From: Candidatus Omnitrophota bacterium
GTDB taxonomy: Bacteria > Omnitrophota > Gorgyraeia > Zapsychrales > JAHFFX01
Assembly: GCA_023247725.1 (NCBI GenBank)
Contig: JAHFFW010000003.1
Location: forward strand, 704-64,703
Direction of reading: 5' to 3'
DNA: 64,000 nt
The position numbers and the translations under genes were made by a program. The number at the start of each line of letters is the position of its first letter. The first letter of the stretch is position 1. Shown here piece after piece: positions 1 through 11,449 of this stretch. Below the pieces are notes generated by a model. That model saw only the letters and a list, made by a program, of their open reading frames with translations, searched no databases and was not told the origin of the DNA.

Positions 1-3000
1 CTTAGTCGAAACCATTTTTGATACCTTAAATGCCAAGGCCGCATTTTTCGCGATTGAAAAGTTATTCGATGACCGCAAGCTCCGACTTCCGGTCATGGCC
101 TCGGTCACCTTCATTCAACCGGGAAATAACCGCGGGGTCACCGGCCAGACCGTTGAGGCCTTCTGGAATTCCATTTCGCATGTTCCTTTATTGAGCGTCG
201 GAATCAATTGTTCATTGGGTCCGAAAGAAATGCGGCCGCTCATCGAGGAGCTTTCCAATCGGGTGCCGGTCTATGTCAGCTGTTATCCGAATGCCGGTTT
301 GCCTAACCCGCTTTTGCCGACGGGATTTCCGGAAACTCCGCAGACGTTGGCTCCCCAATTAAAGGAGTGGGCCCAAAACGGCTGGCTCAATCTGGTAGGC
401 GGCTGCTGCGGGACAACTCCCGAGCATATCCAGTTGCTGGCAAGAGCGGTCGAGGGCATCAAGCCTCGGATTGTTCCCAAAACCGAAAAGTATTTGCGTT
501 TGAGTGGGCTCGATGCCTTAACGATCGGACCACAGACCAATTTCGTCAACATCGGCGAACGCACCAACGTTACGGGTTCACCGAAATTTTCTAAATTGAT
601 TTTGAACAATCAATACGAAGAAGCGCTAACGGTTGCCCGGCAACAGGTCGAAGGCGGTGCCCAGATCATTGACGTCAACATGGACGAGGCCATGCTCGAC
701 GGGGTAAAGGCCATGACCACCTTCTTAAATCTTATTGCGGTCGAATCAGACATCGCCCGCGTCCCTGTCATGATCGACAGCTCCAAATGGGAAGTCCTCG
801 AGGCCGGACTGCAATGCGTTCAAGGCAAGCCTGTGGTCAATTCGATCAGCTTAAAAGAAGGGGAAGCCAAATTCATCGAACAGGCCAAACTGATCCGGCG
901 TTATGGGGCGGCGGTCGTCGTCATGGCCTTTGATGAAAAAGGACAGGCGGACACAACCGAGCGCAAGATCGAAGTCTGTTCCCGCTCCTACAAGATTTTG
1001 ACCGAAAAAGTTGGCTTTCCGCCGGAGGACGTGATTTTCGATCCGAACATCCTGACGATTGCGACCGGTATCGAGGAACATAACAATTACGCGGTGAATT
1101 TTATCGAAGCGACTCGTTGGATCAAAACAAATCTTCCCTTTTGCAAGGTCTCCGGCGGGGTGAGCAATCTTTCTTTTTCATTTCGCGGCAATAACATCGT
1201 GCGCGAGGCTATGCACAGCGCCTTTCTCTATGACGCGATTAAGGCCGGCCTTGATATGGGCATCGTCAACACCGGACAACTGGCTGTTTATGAAGAAATC
1301 CCAAAGGATCTCCTCAAATTGGTGGAAGATGTGATCTTTAACCGGCATGCGGAGGCGACCAGCCGCCTGGTAGAATTTGCCGAAAACGTCCGACAGAAGG
1401 ATAAGACCAAAATAGAGACCGAGCTCTGGCGCACGACATCGGTTGAGGAACGATTAAAAGAGTCTCTCATTCGCGGCATCACGGACTTTATTGATCATGA
1501 TGTGGAAGAAGCCAGGGCCAAATACGGACATCCGCTCAAGGTGATTGAAGGACCGTTGATGGACGGAATGAATGTCGTCGGAGATTTATTTGGTTCCGGC
1601 AAGATGTTTCTGCCGCAGGTCGTCAAAAGCGCCCGGGTCATGAAAAAGGCGGTCGCGTATTTGTTGCCATTCATGGAACAAGAAAAGCTTTCGGCCAACG
1701 ACCACCGGCCCGCCGGCATCATCCTCACGGCAACCGTCAAAGGCGATGTGCATGATATTGGAAAAAATATCGTCGGCGTTGTTTTAGGCTGCAACAATTA
1801 CAAGATCATTGATCTGGGGGTGATGGTGCCCTGCGCCAAGATTTTAGAGGAAGCCCGAAAGCACAAAGTCGATATCATCGGCCTGAGTGGCTTAATTACG
1901 CCTTCTCTGGATGAGATGGCGCACGTCGCCAAAGAAATGAAACGGGAAGGATTCAACCTGCCTTTACTCATCGGCGGAGCCACGACCTCGGAGGTCCACA
2001 CCGCGGTCAAAATCGCACCGGAATATGATCATGGAGTGATCCACGTGCTCGACGCGTCGCGGGCGGTGGGCGTCGCGGGAAAATTGATGGCGCAATCCAA
2101 GGATGCTTATGTGAAGGAAATTGGCGAGAAATATCAAAACCTGCGCGATGCCCACCGCCGGCAAAAAGGTCAGGGTCAGTGGTTGTCCATTGAAGAGGCC
2201 AGACGAAATAAATTTGGAATCAATTGGATCAAGGAGCAGCCGACCAAGCCATCATTCCTGGGGCTCAAGGTCTTAAAGGATTATCCTCTATCCGCCTTAA
2301 GTCCGTTCATTGACTGGACCCCGTTTTTCCAGACCTGGGAATTAAAAGGGAGTTACCCTAAAATTTTTGCCGATCCTCAGGTGGGCAAGGAGGCCAAAAA
2401 TCTTTTTGACGATGCCCAGCGCTTGCTCGATCGCATCGTCGCTGAAAAGCTTTTGACGGCGCATGCAGTCATTGGCTTTTTCCCGGCCAACAGCATCCTT
2501 GATGACATCGAAGTCTATTCGGACGATTCCCGACGGAAAGTCTTAGCGATATTTTCCATGTTACGGCAGCAATCCGCCAAGTCAGCCGGCCAGCCGAATC
2601 TGTGCCTGGCGGATTTTGTCGCTCCTAAAGACTCGCAGGTCAAGGATTTTATCGGCGCATTTGCCGTGACTGCCGGGATTGGCATTGAAAGGCTTGTCGA
2701 ATCATTTGAAAAACATCATGACGATTATAACAGTATCCTGACAAAGGCGCTGGCAGATCGTCTGGCAGAAGCCTTTGCCGAACATTTGCATGCGCGGGTG
2801 CGTAAAGAATTCTGGGGTTACGCGCCCCAAGAGAACTTGAGCAACCAAGAACTCATCAAAGAAAAATATAAGGGGATTCGTCCGGCGCCCGGTTACCCCG
2901 CATGTCCGGATCACACCCACAAGAAAATCCTGTTCGAACTTTTACAGGCTGAAAAAAGTACGGGAATTGAATTGACCGAAAATTTTGCCATGTACCCGGC

Positions 3001-3169
3001 GGCATCTGTATGTGGTTTTTATTTTGCCCAGCCGCAGTCAAAATATTTTGGGGTCGGTAAAATTCAACGCGATCAGATCGAAGATTATGCCCGACGTGGG
3101 GGCGTGGATGTGAGCGCGGTCGAACGCCGGCTTTCCTTTCATCTGGCTTATGATCCTGCCCGCCTTTAG
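1..3169 (+). CDS. metH: Cobalamin-dependent methionine synthase MetH, 5'-truncated by window start. The reading frame is open from nt 1; the first in-window ATG is at 95.
   Basis: Upstream codons read [16 protein letters not shown], so the gene runs off the window start. The in-window part has the GGCCGTTP Hcy-domain motif, a pterin-binding region, the [11 protein letters not shown]12-binding motif and a C-terminal AdoMet-activation domain. Confidence 0.9.
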   Translation, partial: LVETIFDTLNAKAAFFAIEKLFDDRKLRLPVMASVTFIQPGNNRGVTGQTVEAFWNSISHVPLLSVGINCSLGPKEMRPLIEELSNRVPVYVSCYPNAGLPNPLLPTGFPETPQTLAPQLKEWAQNGWLNLVGGCCGTTPEHIQLLARAVEGIKPRIVPKTEKYLRLSGLDALTIGPQTNFVNIGERTNVTGSPKFSKLILNNQYEEALTVARQQVEGGAQIIDVNMDEAMLDGVKAMTTFLNLIAVESDIARVPVMIDSSKWEVLEAGLQCVQGKPVVNSISLKEGEAKFIEQAKLIRRYGAAVVVMAFDEKGQADTTERKIEVCSRSYKILTEKVGFPPEDVIFDPNILTIATGIEEHNNYAVNFIEATRWIKTNLPFCKVSGGVSNLSFSFRGNNIVREAMHSAFLYDAIKAGLDMGIVNTGQLAVYEEIPKDLLKLVEDVIFNRHAEATSRLVEFAENVRQKDKTKIETELWRTTSVEERLKESLIRGITDFIDHDVEEARAKYGHPLKVIEGPLMDGMNVVGDLFGSGKMFLPQVVKSARVMKKAVAYLLPFMEQEKLSANDHRPAGIILTATVKGDVHDIGKNIVGVVLGCNNYKIIDLGVMVPCAKILEEARKHKVDIIGLSGLITPSLDEMAHVAKEMKREGFNLPLLIGGATTSEVHTAVKIAPEYDHGVIHVLDASRAVGVAGKLMAQSKDAYVKEIGEKYQNLRDAHRRQKGQGQWLSIEEARRNKFGINWIKEQPTKPSFLGLKVLKDYPLSALSPFIDWTPFFQTWELKGSYPKIFADPQVGKEAKNLFDDAQRLLDRIVAEKLLTAHAVIGFFPANSILDDIEVYSDDSRRKVLAIFSMLRQQSAKSAGQPNLCLADFVAPKDSQVKDFIGAFAVTAGIGIERLVESFEKHHDDYNSILTKALADRLAEAFAEHLHARVRKEFWGYAPQENLSNQELIKEKYKGIRPAPGYPACPDHTHKKILFELLQAEKSTGIELTENFAMYPAASVCGFYFAQPQSKYFGVGKIQRDQIEDYARRGGVDVSAVERRLSFHLAYDPARL

Positions 3170-3220
3170 CGACCTCCTTCTTGCCTAAAATCCATTTCTC
3201 CATTATAATTTCACACCAAA

Positions 3221-3245
3221 GGAAGGATTGAATTTTAATCCTTCC
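3221..3245 (+). terminator. Hairpin after metH: ggaaggatt-gaatttt-aatccttcc. No U-run follows.
   Basis: 9-bp perfect inverted repeat 50 nt after the metH stop. Confidence 0.3.
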
Positions 3246-3279
3246 TCAGATATATTAAAGACGAAGGAAGGGAAAAGGC

Positions 3280-4311
3280 ATGCTGACCGCCGAAAAAATG
3301 ACCGCCTCCCACTTGTACGACATCCTTAAGCACATTAAGGTCGGGGGAAGCGTGTGTCATTATTCGCTTAAAAAATGTGAAGAGTTTGTGCCATTGATCA
3401 ATGAGATCAACGAACTCAAAGAAGAGAAAAAGGCCGTCATCCTGGCTCATTCCTACGTCAGCCCTGAGATCATCTACGGAGTGAGTGACTTTGTCGGGGA
3501 TTCCTACCAGCTCAGCAAAGACGCGATGTCAACCAACGTCAAAACGATCGTCTTTGCCGCGGTGCGGTTTATGGGCGAAACCGCGCAAATTCTAAACCCG
3601 GAGAAAGAGGTTCTCATTCCAGCCAGCGATGACGGCTGCACCTTGGCGGATTCGATCACAAACGAAAAAGTGCGGGAATTGCGTCTTCAGTTTCCGGATT
3701 ACACCTTTGTCTGCTACATCAATACGAGCGCCGCCGTCAAGGCCGAGTGCGATGTTTGCGTGACCTCCGCCAACGCTTATAAGGTCGTAGAACTCATTCC
3801 CAATGACAAAATCTATTTTCTGCCCGACCAAATGATGGGCATGAATATTCAGAATGCTTTTAAAGAAAAGGGAAGCAAAAAGGATATTCAATATTATTCT
3901 GGAACCTGTTACGTCCACGTCGAATACGGGGCTCAAGAGATTTTCAAAATCCGCACCGAGTATCCGGAGGTCAAGGTGATCAGCCATCCCGAATGCAGCC
4001 CGGCCGTCATCGCGAATTCTGATTTTGTCGGCAGCACGAATCAGATGCTGGATTATATGTTAAAGTCTTCAGACAAAGACTTCTTGATGCTGACCGAATG
4101 CGGTCTATCATCCCGACTGCAAGTGGAAATGCCTCACAAACGTTTAGTCGGATCTTGTACCTTATGCAAATTTATGAAGTCGAATGCCCTCGAGAATATC
4201 CTCCGGGTCCTCAAAAATCCCACCCGGAGAGACCGCGTGGAGATTCCCAAAGAAATCCAAGCCCGCGCCTTGAAATGTGTCGAGGCCATGTTCCGGTACA
4301 CGGAAGGCTAG
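3280..4311 (+). CDS. nadA: Quinolinate synthase NadA
   Basis: 343 aa with the NadA fold signature (ILAHSYV, conserved Cys spacing) and an upstream GGAAGGGAAAAGG RBS. Confidence 0.85.
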   Translation: MLTAEKMTASHLYDILKHIKVGGSVCHYSLKKCEEFVPLINEINELKEEKKAVILAHSYVSPEIIYGVSDFVGDSYQLSKDAMSTNVKTIVFAAVRFMGETAQILNPEKEVLIPASDDGCTLADSITNEKVRELRLQFPDYTFVCYINTSAAVKAECDVCVTSANAYKVVELIPNDKIYFLPDQMMGMNIQNAFKEKGSKKDIQYYSGTCYVHVEYGAQEIFKIRTEYPEVKVISHPECSPAVIANSDFVGSTNQMLDYMLKSSDKDFLMLTECGLSSRLQVEMPHKRLVGSCTLCKFMKSNALENILRVLKNPTRRDRVEIPKEIQARALKCVEAMFRYTEG

Positions 4312-4357
4312 GACTATATCCTCCCAAGATTTCCTCTCTCAACGAACGCTGCGAAAA

Positions 4358-4387
4358 TTGACAGTCGCACACGGCGTATGCTATGAT
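4358..4387 (+). promoter_or_regulatory. Candidate sigma70 promoter TTGACA-N18-TATGAT upstream of metXW
   Basis: Consensus -35 hexamer and near-consensus -10, about 30 nt before the metX start. Confidence 0.35.
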
Positions 4388-4413
4388 CTCCGGTATTCTT
4401 TAACCGGAAAAAA

Positions 4414-5601
4414 ATGATGAACACCTCCTCGAGTCCTTCCGTGGATCTGCCCAGCGTCGGTACCGTTGAAGCGCAGTATTTTACCTGCTGCGAGCCAGCG
4501 AACGAATTGGTTCTCAAAAGCGGTTTAAAATTAGGACCGATCACCCTCGCGTACGAAACCTACGGACAGCTCAACGAAGACAAATCAAACGCCATTCTCA
4601 TCTGTCATACGCTGACGAGCGATGCTCACGCCGCCGGGTTTCATCCCGGTGACAAAAAACCCGGATGGTGGGAGGGAATGATTGGTCCCGGCAAGGCCTT
4701 TGATACCAACAAATATTTTGTTCTCTCCTCCAACGTGCTGGGAAGCTGCAAGGGGAGTACCGGTCCCGCCTCGATTAACCCGTCGACGAATAAACCTTAC
4801 GGATTGAGTCTGCCCTTTATCACGATTGAGGATATGGTCGCGGCGCAAAAAAAACTGGCCGATCATTTAGGGATTCGGAAATTTTTCTCAATCGCCGGGG
4901 GATCGATGGGGGGATTGCAGGCCCTCATTTGGGCGGTTCACTATCCCGAGGCAATTCATTCCGCCATTCTTATTGCCACGAACTACCGCCATACCGCCCA
5001 ACAAATCGCTTTGCATGAGGTGGGACGTCAAGCCATTATGTCGGATTCGGATTGGCAAAATGGGGATTATTATGGAAAAACAATTCCCGCAAAAGGATTG
5101 GCCTTGGCCCGCATGATTGGCCATATCACGTACATGAGCGACAAGTCCATGGATGAAAAATTCGGCCGTAAACTCATCGGTAAAGAAAAACTCGGCTATG
5201 ACTTTTCTCACGATTTTGAAGTGGAAAACTATCTGAAATACCGGGCGAGCAATTTTGTGCAGCGCTTCGATGCGAATTCCTATCTTTACATATCCAAGGC
5301 GTTGGATTATTTTGATCTCGCTGAAGATGGAGAATTGACTGACAAATTTAAAAAAACCCTGGCGCATTTTCTGGTCATTTCGTTCACCTCGGATTGGCTT
5401 TATCCGTCGTACCAATCCAAGGAACTCGTCCGCGCGCTTAAGGCCAACGATCTGGACGTGTCCGATTGCGAAATCAATTCCACTTACGGCCATGATGCGT
5501 TTCTGGTGGAAATCGAAAGCCAATCTAAACTCGTCAAACATTTTTTGAATCGTCTGCAAAAAGAGAAGTCCCATGGACCCAGCCCTAACCCCTCGATTTG
5601 A
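4414..5601 (+). CDS. metX: Homoserine O-acetyltransferase MetX
   Basis: 395 aa alpha/beta hydrolase with the GGSMGG nucleophile elbow and MetX-like termini. Confidence 0.9.
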   Translation: MMNTSSSPSVDLPSVGTVEAQYFTCCEPANELVLKSGLKLGPITLAYETYGQLNEDKSNAILICHTLTSDAHAAGFHPGDKKPGWWEGMIGPGKAFDTNKYFVLSSNVLGSCKGSTGPASINPSTNKPYGLSLPFITIEDMVAAQKKLADHLGIRKFFSIAGGSMGGLQALIWAVHYPEAIHSAILIATNYRHTAQQIALHEVGRQAIMSDSDWQNGDYYGKTIPAKGLALARMIGHITYMSDKSMDEKFGRKLIGKEKLGYDFSHDFEVENYLKYRASNFVQRFDANSYLYISKALDYFDLAEDGELTDKFKKTLAHFLVISFTSDWLYPSYQSKELVRALKANDLDVSDCEINSTYGHDAFLVEIESQSKLVKHFLNRLQKEKSHGPSPNPSI

Positions 5602-6178
5602 TCATCAGATCATTGCTGGCCTCATTGAACCAAATTCCCGGGTCCTTGACCTGGGCTGTGGCAATGGGGAATTGTTGGCACTCTTGACCAAGGAAAAATC
5701 CATCAAGGGCACGGGGATCGAAATCAATGAGAAGGCCATCTACCATTGCATGGAAAAAGGGCTAACGGTTTCTCATGCCGACATTGATTCCGGCCTCGTC
5801 GATTATTCCAACAAACGTTTTGATTATGTGATCTTAAATGAAAGTTTGCAGGAAGTCTTAAATCCTGACAAGGTGATCATCGAGGCTTTGCGGGTTGGAA
5901 AAGAAGTTATCGTCGGAATTCCGAATTTTTGCCATATCCGAGCCCGCTGGCAAATTTTTTTACAAGGCCGGGTGCCGGTGACCAAGGAATTGCCTTACCA
6001 ATGGTACAACACGCCCAATTTGCGTTTTTTGAGCCTTAAGGATTTTCATCATTTTTGCCAAATAAAGGGCATCACCATTGAAAAAAAAATTGCCCTTTCC
6101 AACCATCACCGCATCATCCATTTTAAGCCCAACCTTTTTGCGCATACGGGAATTTATCTTTTAAGCAAGAATGTTTAA
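5573..6178 (+). CDS. metW: Methionine biosynthesis protein MetW
   Basis: 201 aa; [15 protein letters not shown]-MTase-like motif typical of MetW. Overlaps the metX end. Confidence 0.85.
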   Translation: MDPALTPRFDHQIIAGLIEPNSRVLDLGCGNGELLALLTKEKSIKGTGIEINEKAIYHCMEKGLTVSHADIDSGLVDYSNKRFDYVILNESLQEVLNPDKVIIEALRVGKEVIVGIPNFCHIRARWQIFLQGRVPVTKELPYQWYNTPNLRFLSLKDFHHFCQIKGITIEKKIALSNHHRIIHFKPNLFAHTGIYLLSKNV

Positions 6179-6181
6179 AGC

Positions 6182-7378
6182 ATGAAACAGAAGTATGATT
6201 TTCTTATTATAGGCTCGGGAATCATAGGCCTGACGATCGCGCATGCCATCAAACGCAAAGAGCCGATGGCTTCTATCTTGATTATAGAGAAAGAGAAGGA
6301 CGTGGCATGCCACGCCTCCGGACGCAATAGCGGTGTCTTGCATGCGGGATTTTATTACACCGCCGATAGCCTCAAAGCCAAATTTACCATCGCCGGTAAC
6401 CGCCTCATGAAAGAATACTGCCGGGCGAAGAAACTTCCTATCAATGAATGCGGAAAACTGGTCGTCGCCTCCAATGCCAACGAACTCACGAGCCTTTTTG
6501 AACTGGAAAAACGCGGCAAGGCCAATGGTTCGAATATCTGCATCATCTCAGAAAAAGAGGCCATGACCAAGGAGCCCAATGTCCGAACCCATCAATACGC
6601 CTTGTTCTCGCCAGAAACGGCGAGTATTGATCCCGTCGCTGTATGCCAGAGCTTAAAAAGTGATTTGAAAGAATCCGGCGTGGAATTCCGGTTCCAGACT
6701 TCCTATCTTGCTCACGATCATAACGTCGTCAAAACAAACCAAGGCGAACTATCGGCGACCAAAATCATCAATTGTGCCGGACTCTATGCTGACAAACTCG
6801 CCAAGGATTTTGGTTATGGACACCAGTATACGATGATCCCCTTTAAAGGACTTTACCTCAAATATACAAAAAATAAAACCGATGTAAAAATGCACATTTA
6901 TCCAGTGCCTAATCTCAAAAATCCCTTTCTCGGCGTCCATTTTACCATCACGGTCCGACAAGAAATCAAAATTGGGCCTACCGCCATTCCGGCCTTGTGG
7001 CGAGAAAATTACAACGGATTCGACAATTTTCAAATCACAGAATTAATCCATATCTTAAATCATGAGACCAGACTTTATCTGACCAATGCATTTGGATTCC
7101 GGGAGCTCGCTCACACAGAGATAAAAAAATATAATAAAAGTTATTTTATCAACCTCGCCTTGCAGATGGTTCAAAAGATTGACCCGAACGGATTCACCGA
7201 GTTCACTTCTCCCGGCATTCGGGCCCAATTATTGGACACCCGGGAAAATCGACTTGTTCAGGACTTTATTGTGGAAGGTGATCGAGACAGTGTGCATGTT
7301 CTGAACGCGGTGTCGCCGGCTTTCACCTGTGCGTTTCCATTTACTGAGTTTGTTGTCAACAAGTATATCCTTATATAA
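6182..7378 (+). CDS. lhgO: FAD-dependent L-2-hydroxyglutarate oxidase family protein (LhgO-like)
   Basis: N-terminal DFLIIGSGIIGL dinucleotide fold; CHASGRNSGVLHAGFYY and AKFTIAGNRLM closely resemble LhgO. Confidence 0.75.
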   Translation: MKQKYDFLIIGSGIIGLTIAHAIKRKEPMASILIIEKEKDVACHASGRNSGVLHAGFYYTADSLKAKFTIAGNRLMKEYCRAKKLPINECGKLVVASNANELTSLFELEKRGKANGSNICIISEKEAMTKEPNVRTHQYALFSPETASIDPVAVCQSLKSDLKESGVEFRFQTSYLAHDHNVVKTNQGELSATKIINCAGLYADKLAKDFGYGHQYTMIPFKGLYLKYTKNKTDVKMHIYPVPNLKNPFLGVHFTITVRQEIKIGPTAIPALWRENYNGFDNFQITELIHILNHETRLYLTNAFGFRELAHTEIKKYNKSYFINLALQMVQKIDPNGFTEFTSPGIRAQLLDTRENRLVQDFIVEGDRDSVHVLNAVSPAFTCAFPFTEFVVNKYILI

Positions 7379-7386
7379 GCACATGA

Positions 7387-7535
7387 TGTGCGGATATTTT
7401 TCAAAAAACAGATTTAACGCGGATAATGCAGATTGCACGCAGATGGTCGCGGATTCAATCAGCGAAAATCTGCGCCCGCCTGCCGGCAGGCAGGTTTGAT
7501 CCGCGTGAATCTGCGTTAAATAAAAAACCCGCACA
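7387..7535. repeat. About 150-bp imperfect palindrome built from direct and inverted CGC(R)GAT heptamers around a perfect CCTGCCGGCAGG core
   Basis: Inverted pairs: tgtgcgg/ccgcaca, atttaacgc/gcgttaaat, cgcggat/atccgcg and cgcagat/atctgcg (several copies). Lies in the 280-bp lhgO-nfu gap. Confidence 0.45.
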
Positions 7536-7608
7536 CAGCGTATAAGCTCAATATTTATAGCTATTTAAAGCCTATTGCCAAAATAAGTTATATTTTGAAG
7601 TATTTTGC

Positions 7609-7642
7609 TTGACACTTAAGGCTTTTGATTTAAAATTAAAGC
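7609..7642 (+). promoter_or_regulatory. Candidate promoter TTGACA-N16/17-TAAAAT for the nfu-PCD-rrf2-suf cluster
   Basis: Consensus -35 hexamer and an AT-rich -10 about 35 nt upstream of the nfu ATG. Confidence 0.35.
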
Positions 7643-7674
7643 GGAACTAACGTCATTTCTTGAAAGGGAATACG

Positions 7675-8238
7675 ATGGAAGCCAGTGATATCCGCATGCA
7701 AGTCCAAAGCACCCCAAATCCGAATGCCTTAAAATTTGTCTTAAGCGTTCCGGTCAAAGCCGAAGGCAAGATCACCTATAAAAGCGCTGAGGAATGTCAT
7801 ACCAATCCGTTGGCGCGGCAACTTTTTAGCATTCCCCATGTGACCGAAGTTTTTTTCTTTGAAAACTATATCACCGTCACTCAAGATGGCAACGGCGATT
7901 GGGATGTTTTGGAAGAACAAGTTCGATCGAAGATCATGGATAATATCAAAACGCACGATCCGCATTTTAAAACGGAAGAGGCCAAGAAACCCGCCAGCCT
8001 CGCGGCCAGCCCAGAGCTGGCGAGGATCGAACAAATTCTGGATGATACAGTGCGACCAGCGCTACAAGCAGATGGTGGAGATTTGCAAATTTTGGGACTA
8101 GAGGGAAACACGCTCATGATCAATTATCAAGGAGCTTGCGGTTCATGTCCCAGCGCAACGATGGGAACTCTAAAAGCCATTGAAAATCTTCTAAGAGAAG
8201 AATATAACCCGAATATTGTTGTGCAAATGACGCAATAG
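7675..8238 (+). CDS. Nfu/NifU-type Fe-S cluster carrier. The ORF track opens at TTG 7660; the ATG at 7675 is preferred.
   Basis: Nfu N-terminal domain plus a C-terminal NifU-like CxxC motif (GACGSCPSATMGTLK). RBS AAGGGA 7 nt upstream of 7675. Confidence 0.8.
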   Translation: MEASDIRMQVQSTPNPNALKFVLSVPVKAEGKITYKSAEECHTNPLARQLFSIPHVTEVFFFENYITVTQDGNGDWDVLEEQVRSKIMDNIKTHDPHFKTEEAKKPASLAASPELARIEQILDDTVRPALQADGGDLQILGLEGNTLMINYQGACGSCPSATMGTLKAIENLLREEYNPNIVVQMTQ

Positions 8239-8265
8239 TTATGAGGAAGGAAAGGGAGGTGCCAT

Positions 8266-8628
8266 ATGGTAGCGGAGTCCCAAGAGCTCATTTACAAAAG
8301 ATGCCGTCCCTGTGAAGGGATGGGACAACCTTTGAACGCTGAACAGGCACAAGAATATCTAAAAGATTTACCGCAGTGGAAACTCAACGCCAATTCCCGC
8401 ACGATTTGCCGTGAATATGTGATGAAAAATTTTATGGCCACCATCCGCCTGATCAATTCCATTGCCAAGATCGCAGAAGAAGAAAATCATCACCCGGATT
8501 TGCATTTGACCGGCTATCGCCGATTGAAAGTGGAACTCAGCACGCACGCCATCGGCGGGTTATCCGAAAATGATTTCATTGAAGCGGCAAAAATAAATCT
8601 GCTTCCTGCCGAAACCAAGGAATCATGA
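8266..8628 (+). CDS. phhB: Pterin-4a-carbinolamine dehydratase (PCD/DCoH)
   Basis: 120 aa with the EENHHPDL signature; strong AAGGGAGG RBS. Confidence 0.8.
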   Translation: MVAESQELIYKRCRPCEGMGQPLNAEQAQEYLKDLPQWKLNANSRTICREYVMKNFMATIRLINSIAKIAEEENHHPDLHLTGYRRLKVELSTHAIGGLSENDFIEAAKINLLPAETKES

Positions 8629-8698
8629 TTTGGATGGAAAAACTTTTAAAAGTCTTGAACCCATCCACCTCAAGATTTGATTCAACCGGAAATTGTGT

Positions 8699-9187
8699 AT
8701 GTTTAAAATCAATCGCAAAATAGAATACGCCCTCATCTCGCTTAAACATATGACGGCAAAAAAACCGGGGCAGTTGACCAGCGCTAAAGAAATTTGTGAT
8801 CTTTACCGTACGCCTTTCGATCCCACGTCTCGGGTGCTTCAACTCATGGCTCAGCAAGGCATTATCAAGGCGGAACACGGTGCCCATGGAGGGTATCTCA
8901 TTACCAAAGATCTTTCTCGCGTCACCTTTAGTGAATTGGTCAATATGATTACCGGACCTATCCAATTGGCTAACTGTTTTCATGGCAACTATTCGCATTG
9001 CGATTTAACGAGCAATTGCAATGTCATATCGCCGATGCTCAATTTGAATGAACGCATGAGCCAACTCTTTAAAAATATCACCATCGCCGAATTGATCGCG
9101 GCTCGCCATATAGCGGAAGGTAAGATCAAATTAAAACCTTTTGCCAAAACCATAAACGCCGAGGTTGGCGCAACCAACGAAGCTTAA
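8699..9187 (+). CDS. Rrf2-family transcriptional regulator (IscR/SufR-like) preceding the suf genes
   Basis: N-terminal wHTH typical of Rrf2 ([15 protein letters not shown]...); C-terminal Cys and His residues. The ATG at 8699 is preferred over the TTG at 8693. Confidence 0.8.
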   Translation: MFKINRKIEYALISLKHMTAKKPGQLTSAKEICDLYRTPFDPTSRVLQLMAQQGIIKAEHGAHGGYLITKDLSRVTFSELVNMITGPIQLANCFHGNYSHCDLTSNCNVISPMLNLNERMSQLFKNITIAELIAARHIAEGKIKLKPFAKTINAEVGATNEA

Positions 9188-9197
9188 AAATCCTAAA

Positions 9198-10643
9198 ATG
9201 ACAAAAACCACTCAACAAGACGAACTGACCCAGCGGGAATACAAATACGGGTTTGTCACGGATATCGAAACCGAACAATTTCCCAAGGGTCTCAACGAAG
9301 AGATTATTCGTTTGCTTTCCGAAAGAAAGAAAGAGCCAGCCTGGATGTTGGAATGGAGGCTCAAGGCCTACCGCCATTGGACGACCATGAAAGAACCGCA
9401 CTGGGCCAATATCCATTATGATCCGATCGATTATCAAGCCGTGACCTATTACTCTGCGCCCAAAAAAGGCAAAGATAAAGCCCAAAGTTTAGAGGAAGTG
9501 GATCAAGAACTCTTAAAAACCTTTGAGCGGCTCGGGATCCCTTTGTCGGAACAAAAACGGCTGACCGGTGTTGCCGTCGATGCTGTCTTTGACAGCGTGT
9601 CGGTTGCAACCACCCATCAATCCGAATTAGCCAAATTGGGCATCATTTTCTGCTCCATGTCGGAAGCCATCTCCCATCACCCCGAATTAGTAAAAAAGTA
9701 CATGGGCTCTGTTGTGCCTTATTCGGATAATTTTTTTGCGACGCTCAACTCAGCGGTGTTTAGCGACGGTTCTTTCTGCTACATCCCAAAGAGCGTGCGC
9801 TGTCCCTTGGAATTATCCACGTATTTCCGGATCAATGCGGCCGATTCCGGTCAATTCGAAAGAACCTTAATCGTTGCCGAAGATGATAGCTATGTGAGTT
9901 ATCTGGAAGGCTGCACCGCTCCTATGCGCGAACGCAACCAGTTGCACGCGGCCGTCGTCGAATTGATTGCACTCAATAACGCGGAGATCAAGTATTCCAC
10001 CGTACAGAACTGGTATTCCGGGGATAAAGAGGGACGGGGAGGGATTTATAACTTCGTCACCAAGCGCGGCAAGTGCGTTGGAGTCAATTCAAAAATTTCT
10101 TGGACTCAGGTGGAAGCAGGAGCGGCGATTACCTGGAAATATCCCAGTGTCATTTTGCAGGGAGATCATTCGGTTGGTAAATTCTATTCGGTCGCCTTGA
10201 CCAACAATCGCATGCAGGCCGATACCGGCACCAAAATGATCCATATCGGAAAGAACACGAAAAGCACAATTATTTCTAAAGGAATTTCCACCGACCACTC
10301 CAACAATAATTATCGCGGTCTGGTCAAGATTCTTCCATCGGCTGATGGTGCGCGCAATTTCTCTCAGTGCGACTCGATGCTCGTGGGCAACAATTGCAGC
10401 GCTAATACATTTCCTTATATTGAAGTCCGAAATACAACCGCCGTGATGGAGCATGAGGCCTCGACCTCGAAGATCAGTGCGGAACAGCTGTTTTATCTGC
10501 GTTCCCGCGGACTCGATCTGGAAGGAGCCGTGTCACTCATCATCAACGGCTTTTGTAAGGAAGTCTTTAAGGAATTGCCCCTGGAATTTTCCGTTGAAGC
10601 AGTTCGGCTTTTGGAAATGAAACTCGAAGGCAGTGTCGGCTAA
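9198..10643 (+). CDS. sufB: Fe-S cluster assembly protein SufB
   Basis: Conserved [20 protein letters not shown] and C-terminal SufB/D beta-helix. The track start (9165) is a TTG inside rrf2; the ATG at 9198 is preferred. Confidence 0.9.
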   Translation: MTKTTQQDELTQREYKYGFVTDIETEQFPKGLNEEIIRLLSERKKEPAWMLEWRLKAYRHWTTMKEPHWANIHYDPIDYQAVTYYSAPKKGKDKAQSLEEVDQELLKTFERLGIPLSEQKRLTGVAVDAVFDSVSVATTHQSELAKLGIIFCSMSEAISHHPELVKKYMGSVVPYSDNFFATLNSAVFSDGSFCYIPKSVRCPLELSTYFRINAADSGQFERTLIVAEDDSYVSYLEGCTAPMRERNQLHAAVVELIALNNAEIKYSTVQNWYSGDKEGRGGIYNFVTKRGKCVGVNSKISWTQVEAGAAITWKYPSVILQGDHSVGKFYSVALTNNRMQADTGTKMIHIGKNTKSTIISKGISTDHSNNNYRGLVKILPSADGARNFSQCDSMLVGNNCSANTFPYIEVRNTTAVMEHEASTSKISAEQLFYLRSRGLDLEGAVSLIINGFCKEVFKELPLEFSVEAVRLLEMKLEGSVG

Positions 10644-10675
10644 TTCTTACCAAATAAAATAAAAAGGTGCCCGCA

Positions 10676-11422
10676 ATGTTAGAAATCAAGGATCTGCATG
10701 TGCAGGTCAATGGCGTTCCCATTTTGAATGGTCTTCATCTAACCGTTAATCCCGGCGAGGTGCATGCCATCATGGGGCCCAACGGTTCTGGAAAAAGTAC
10801 GCTGGCAAAGGTCATTGCTGGCCATCCGGAATACGAAGTGACCAAAGGAACAATCGAATATGAGGTCAACTTCAAAAAGATCAACCTGCTCGAAATGGAA
10901 CCCGATGAACGAGCCAAGGAAGGTGTTTTCCTCGCTTTTCAATATCCAGTGGAAATTCCCGGCGTCAATACGGCGGTTTTCTTGAGAGCCGCGTTCAATG
11001 AATTGTGCCGGCATCAGGGAGCGGAGGAGATGGACCCGATTGAATTTGACGAATTCCTTCGATCAAAGCTAACCCTCTTGAACATGGAAGAGAAGGTCAT
11101 CAATCGCCCGGTGAATGTGGATTTTTCGGGAGGCGAAAAAAAACGAAATGAAATTTTACAAATGGCCGTCTTGAATCCGCGTTTAGCGGTTTTGGATGAA
11201 ACCGATTCCGGACTCGACATTGACGCGCTGCGCATCGTGGCCGAGGGCGTTAACAAACTCAAACGCAAGGACAATGCTGTTATCCTCATTACGCATTACC
11301 AAAGAATCTTGAATTATATTGTCCCGGACTTTGTACACATCCTCTCCAATGGCCGGATCGTCCGCTCTTCCGGCAAAGAATTGGCTTTGGAAGTGGAAGA
11401 ACGCGGATATGATTGGCTTTAG
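10676..11422 (+). CDS. sufC: Fe-S cluster assembly ATPase SufC
   Basis: MLEIKDLHV start, Walker A GPNGSGKST, ABC signature FSGGEKKR. Confidence 0.9.
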   Translation: MLEIKDLHVQVNGVPILNGLHLTVNPGEVHAIMGPNGSGKSTLAKVIAGHPEYEVTKGTIEYEVNFKKINLLEMEPDERAKEGVFLAFQYPVEIPGVNTAVFLRAAFNELCRHQGAEEMDPIEFDEFLRSKLTLLNMEEKVINRPVNVDFSGGEKKRNEILQMAVLNPRLAVLDETDSGLDIDALRIVAEGVNKLKRKDNAVILITHYQRILNYIVPDFVHILSNGRIVRSSGKELALEVEERGYDWL

Positions 11423-11449
11423 TTAATCTCCTAAGAAATAATCTTAACC

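Noticed and set aside
4312-4413. Possible SAM riboswitch upstream of metX
   Set aside because: Only about 100 nt are available and none of the conserved SAM-I/II segments are present. The region is better explained by a TTGACA-N18-TATGAT promoter.
4888-5574. Long antisense ORFs opposite metX (228 aa), argJ (35967..36683, 238 aa), dapL (49552..50346, 264 aa), uvrA (53242..53832, 196 aa) and argD/argF (38388..38975)
   Set aside because: Shadow ORFs on the strand opposite well-supported genes. They have no RBS and no recognisable motifs, and their length is explained by codon bias of the sense genes.
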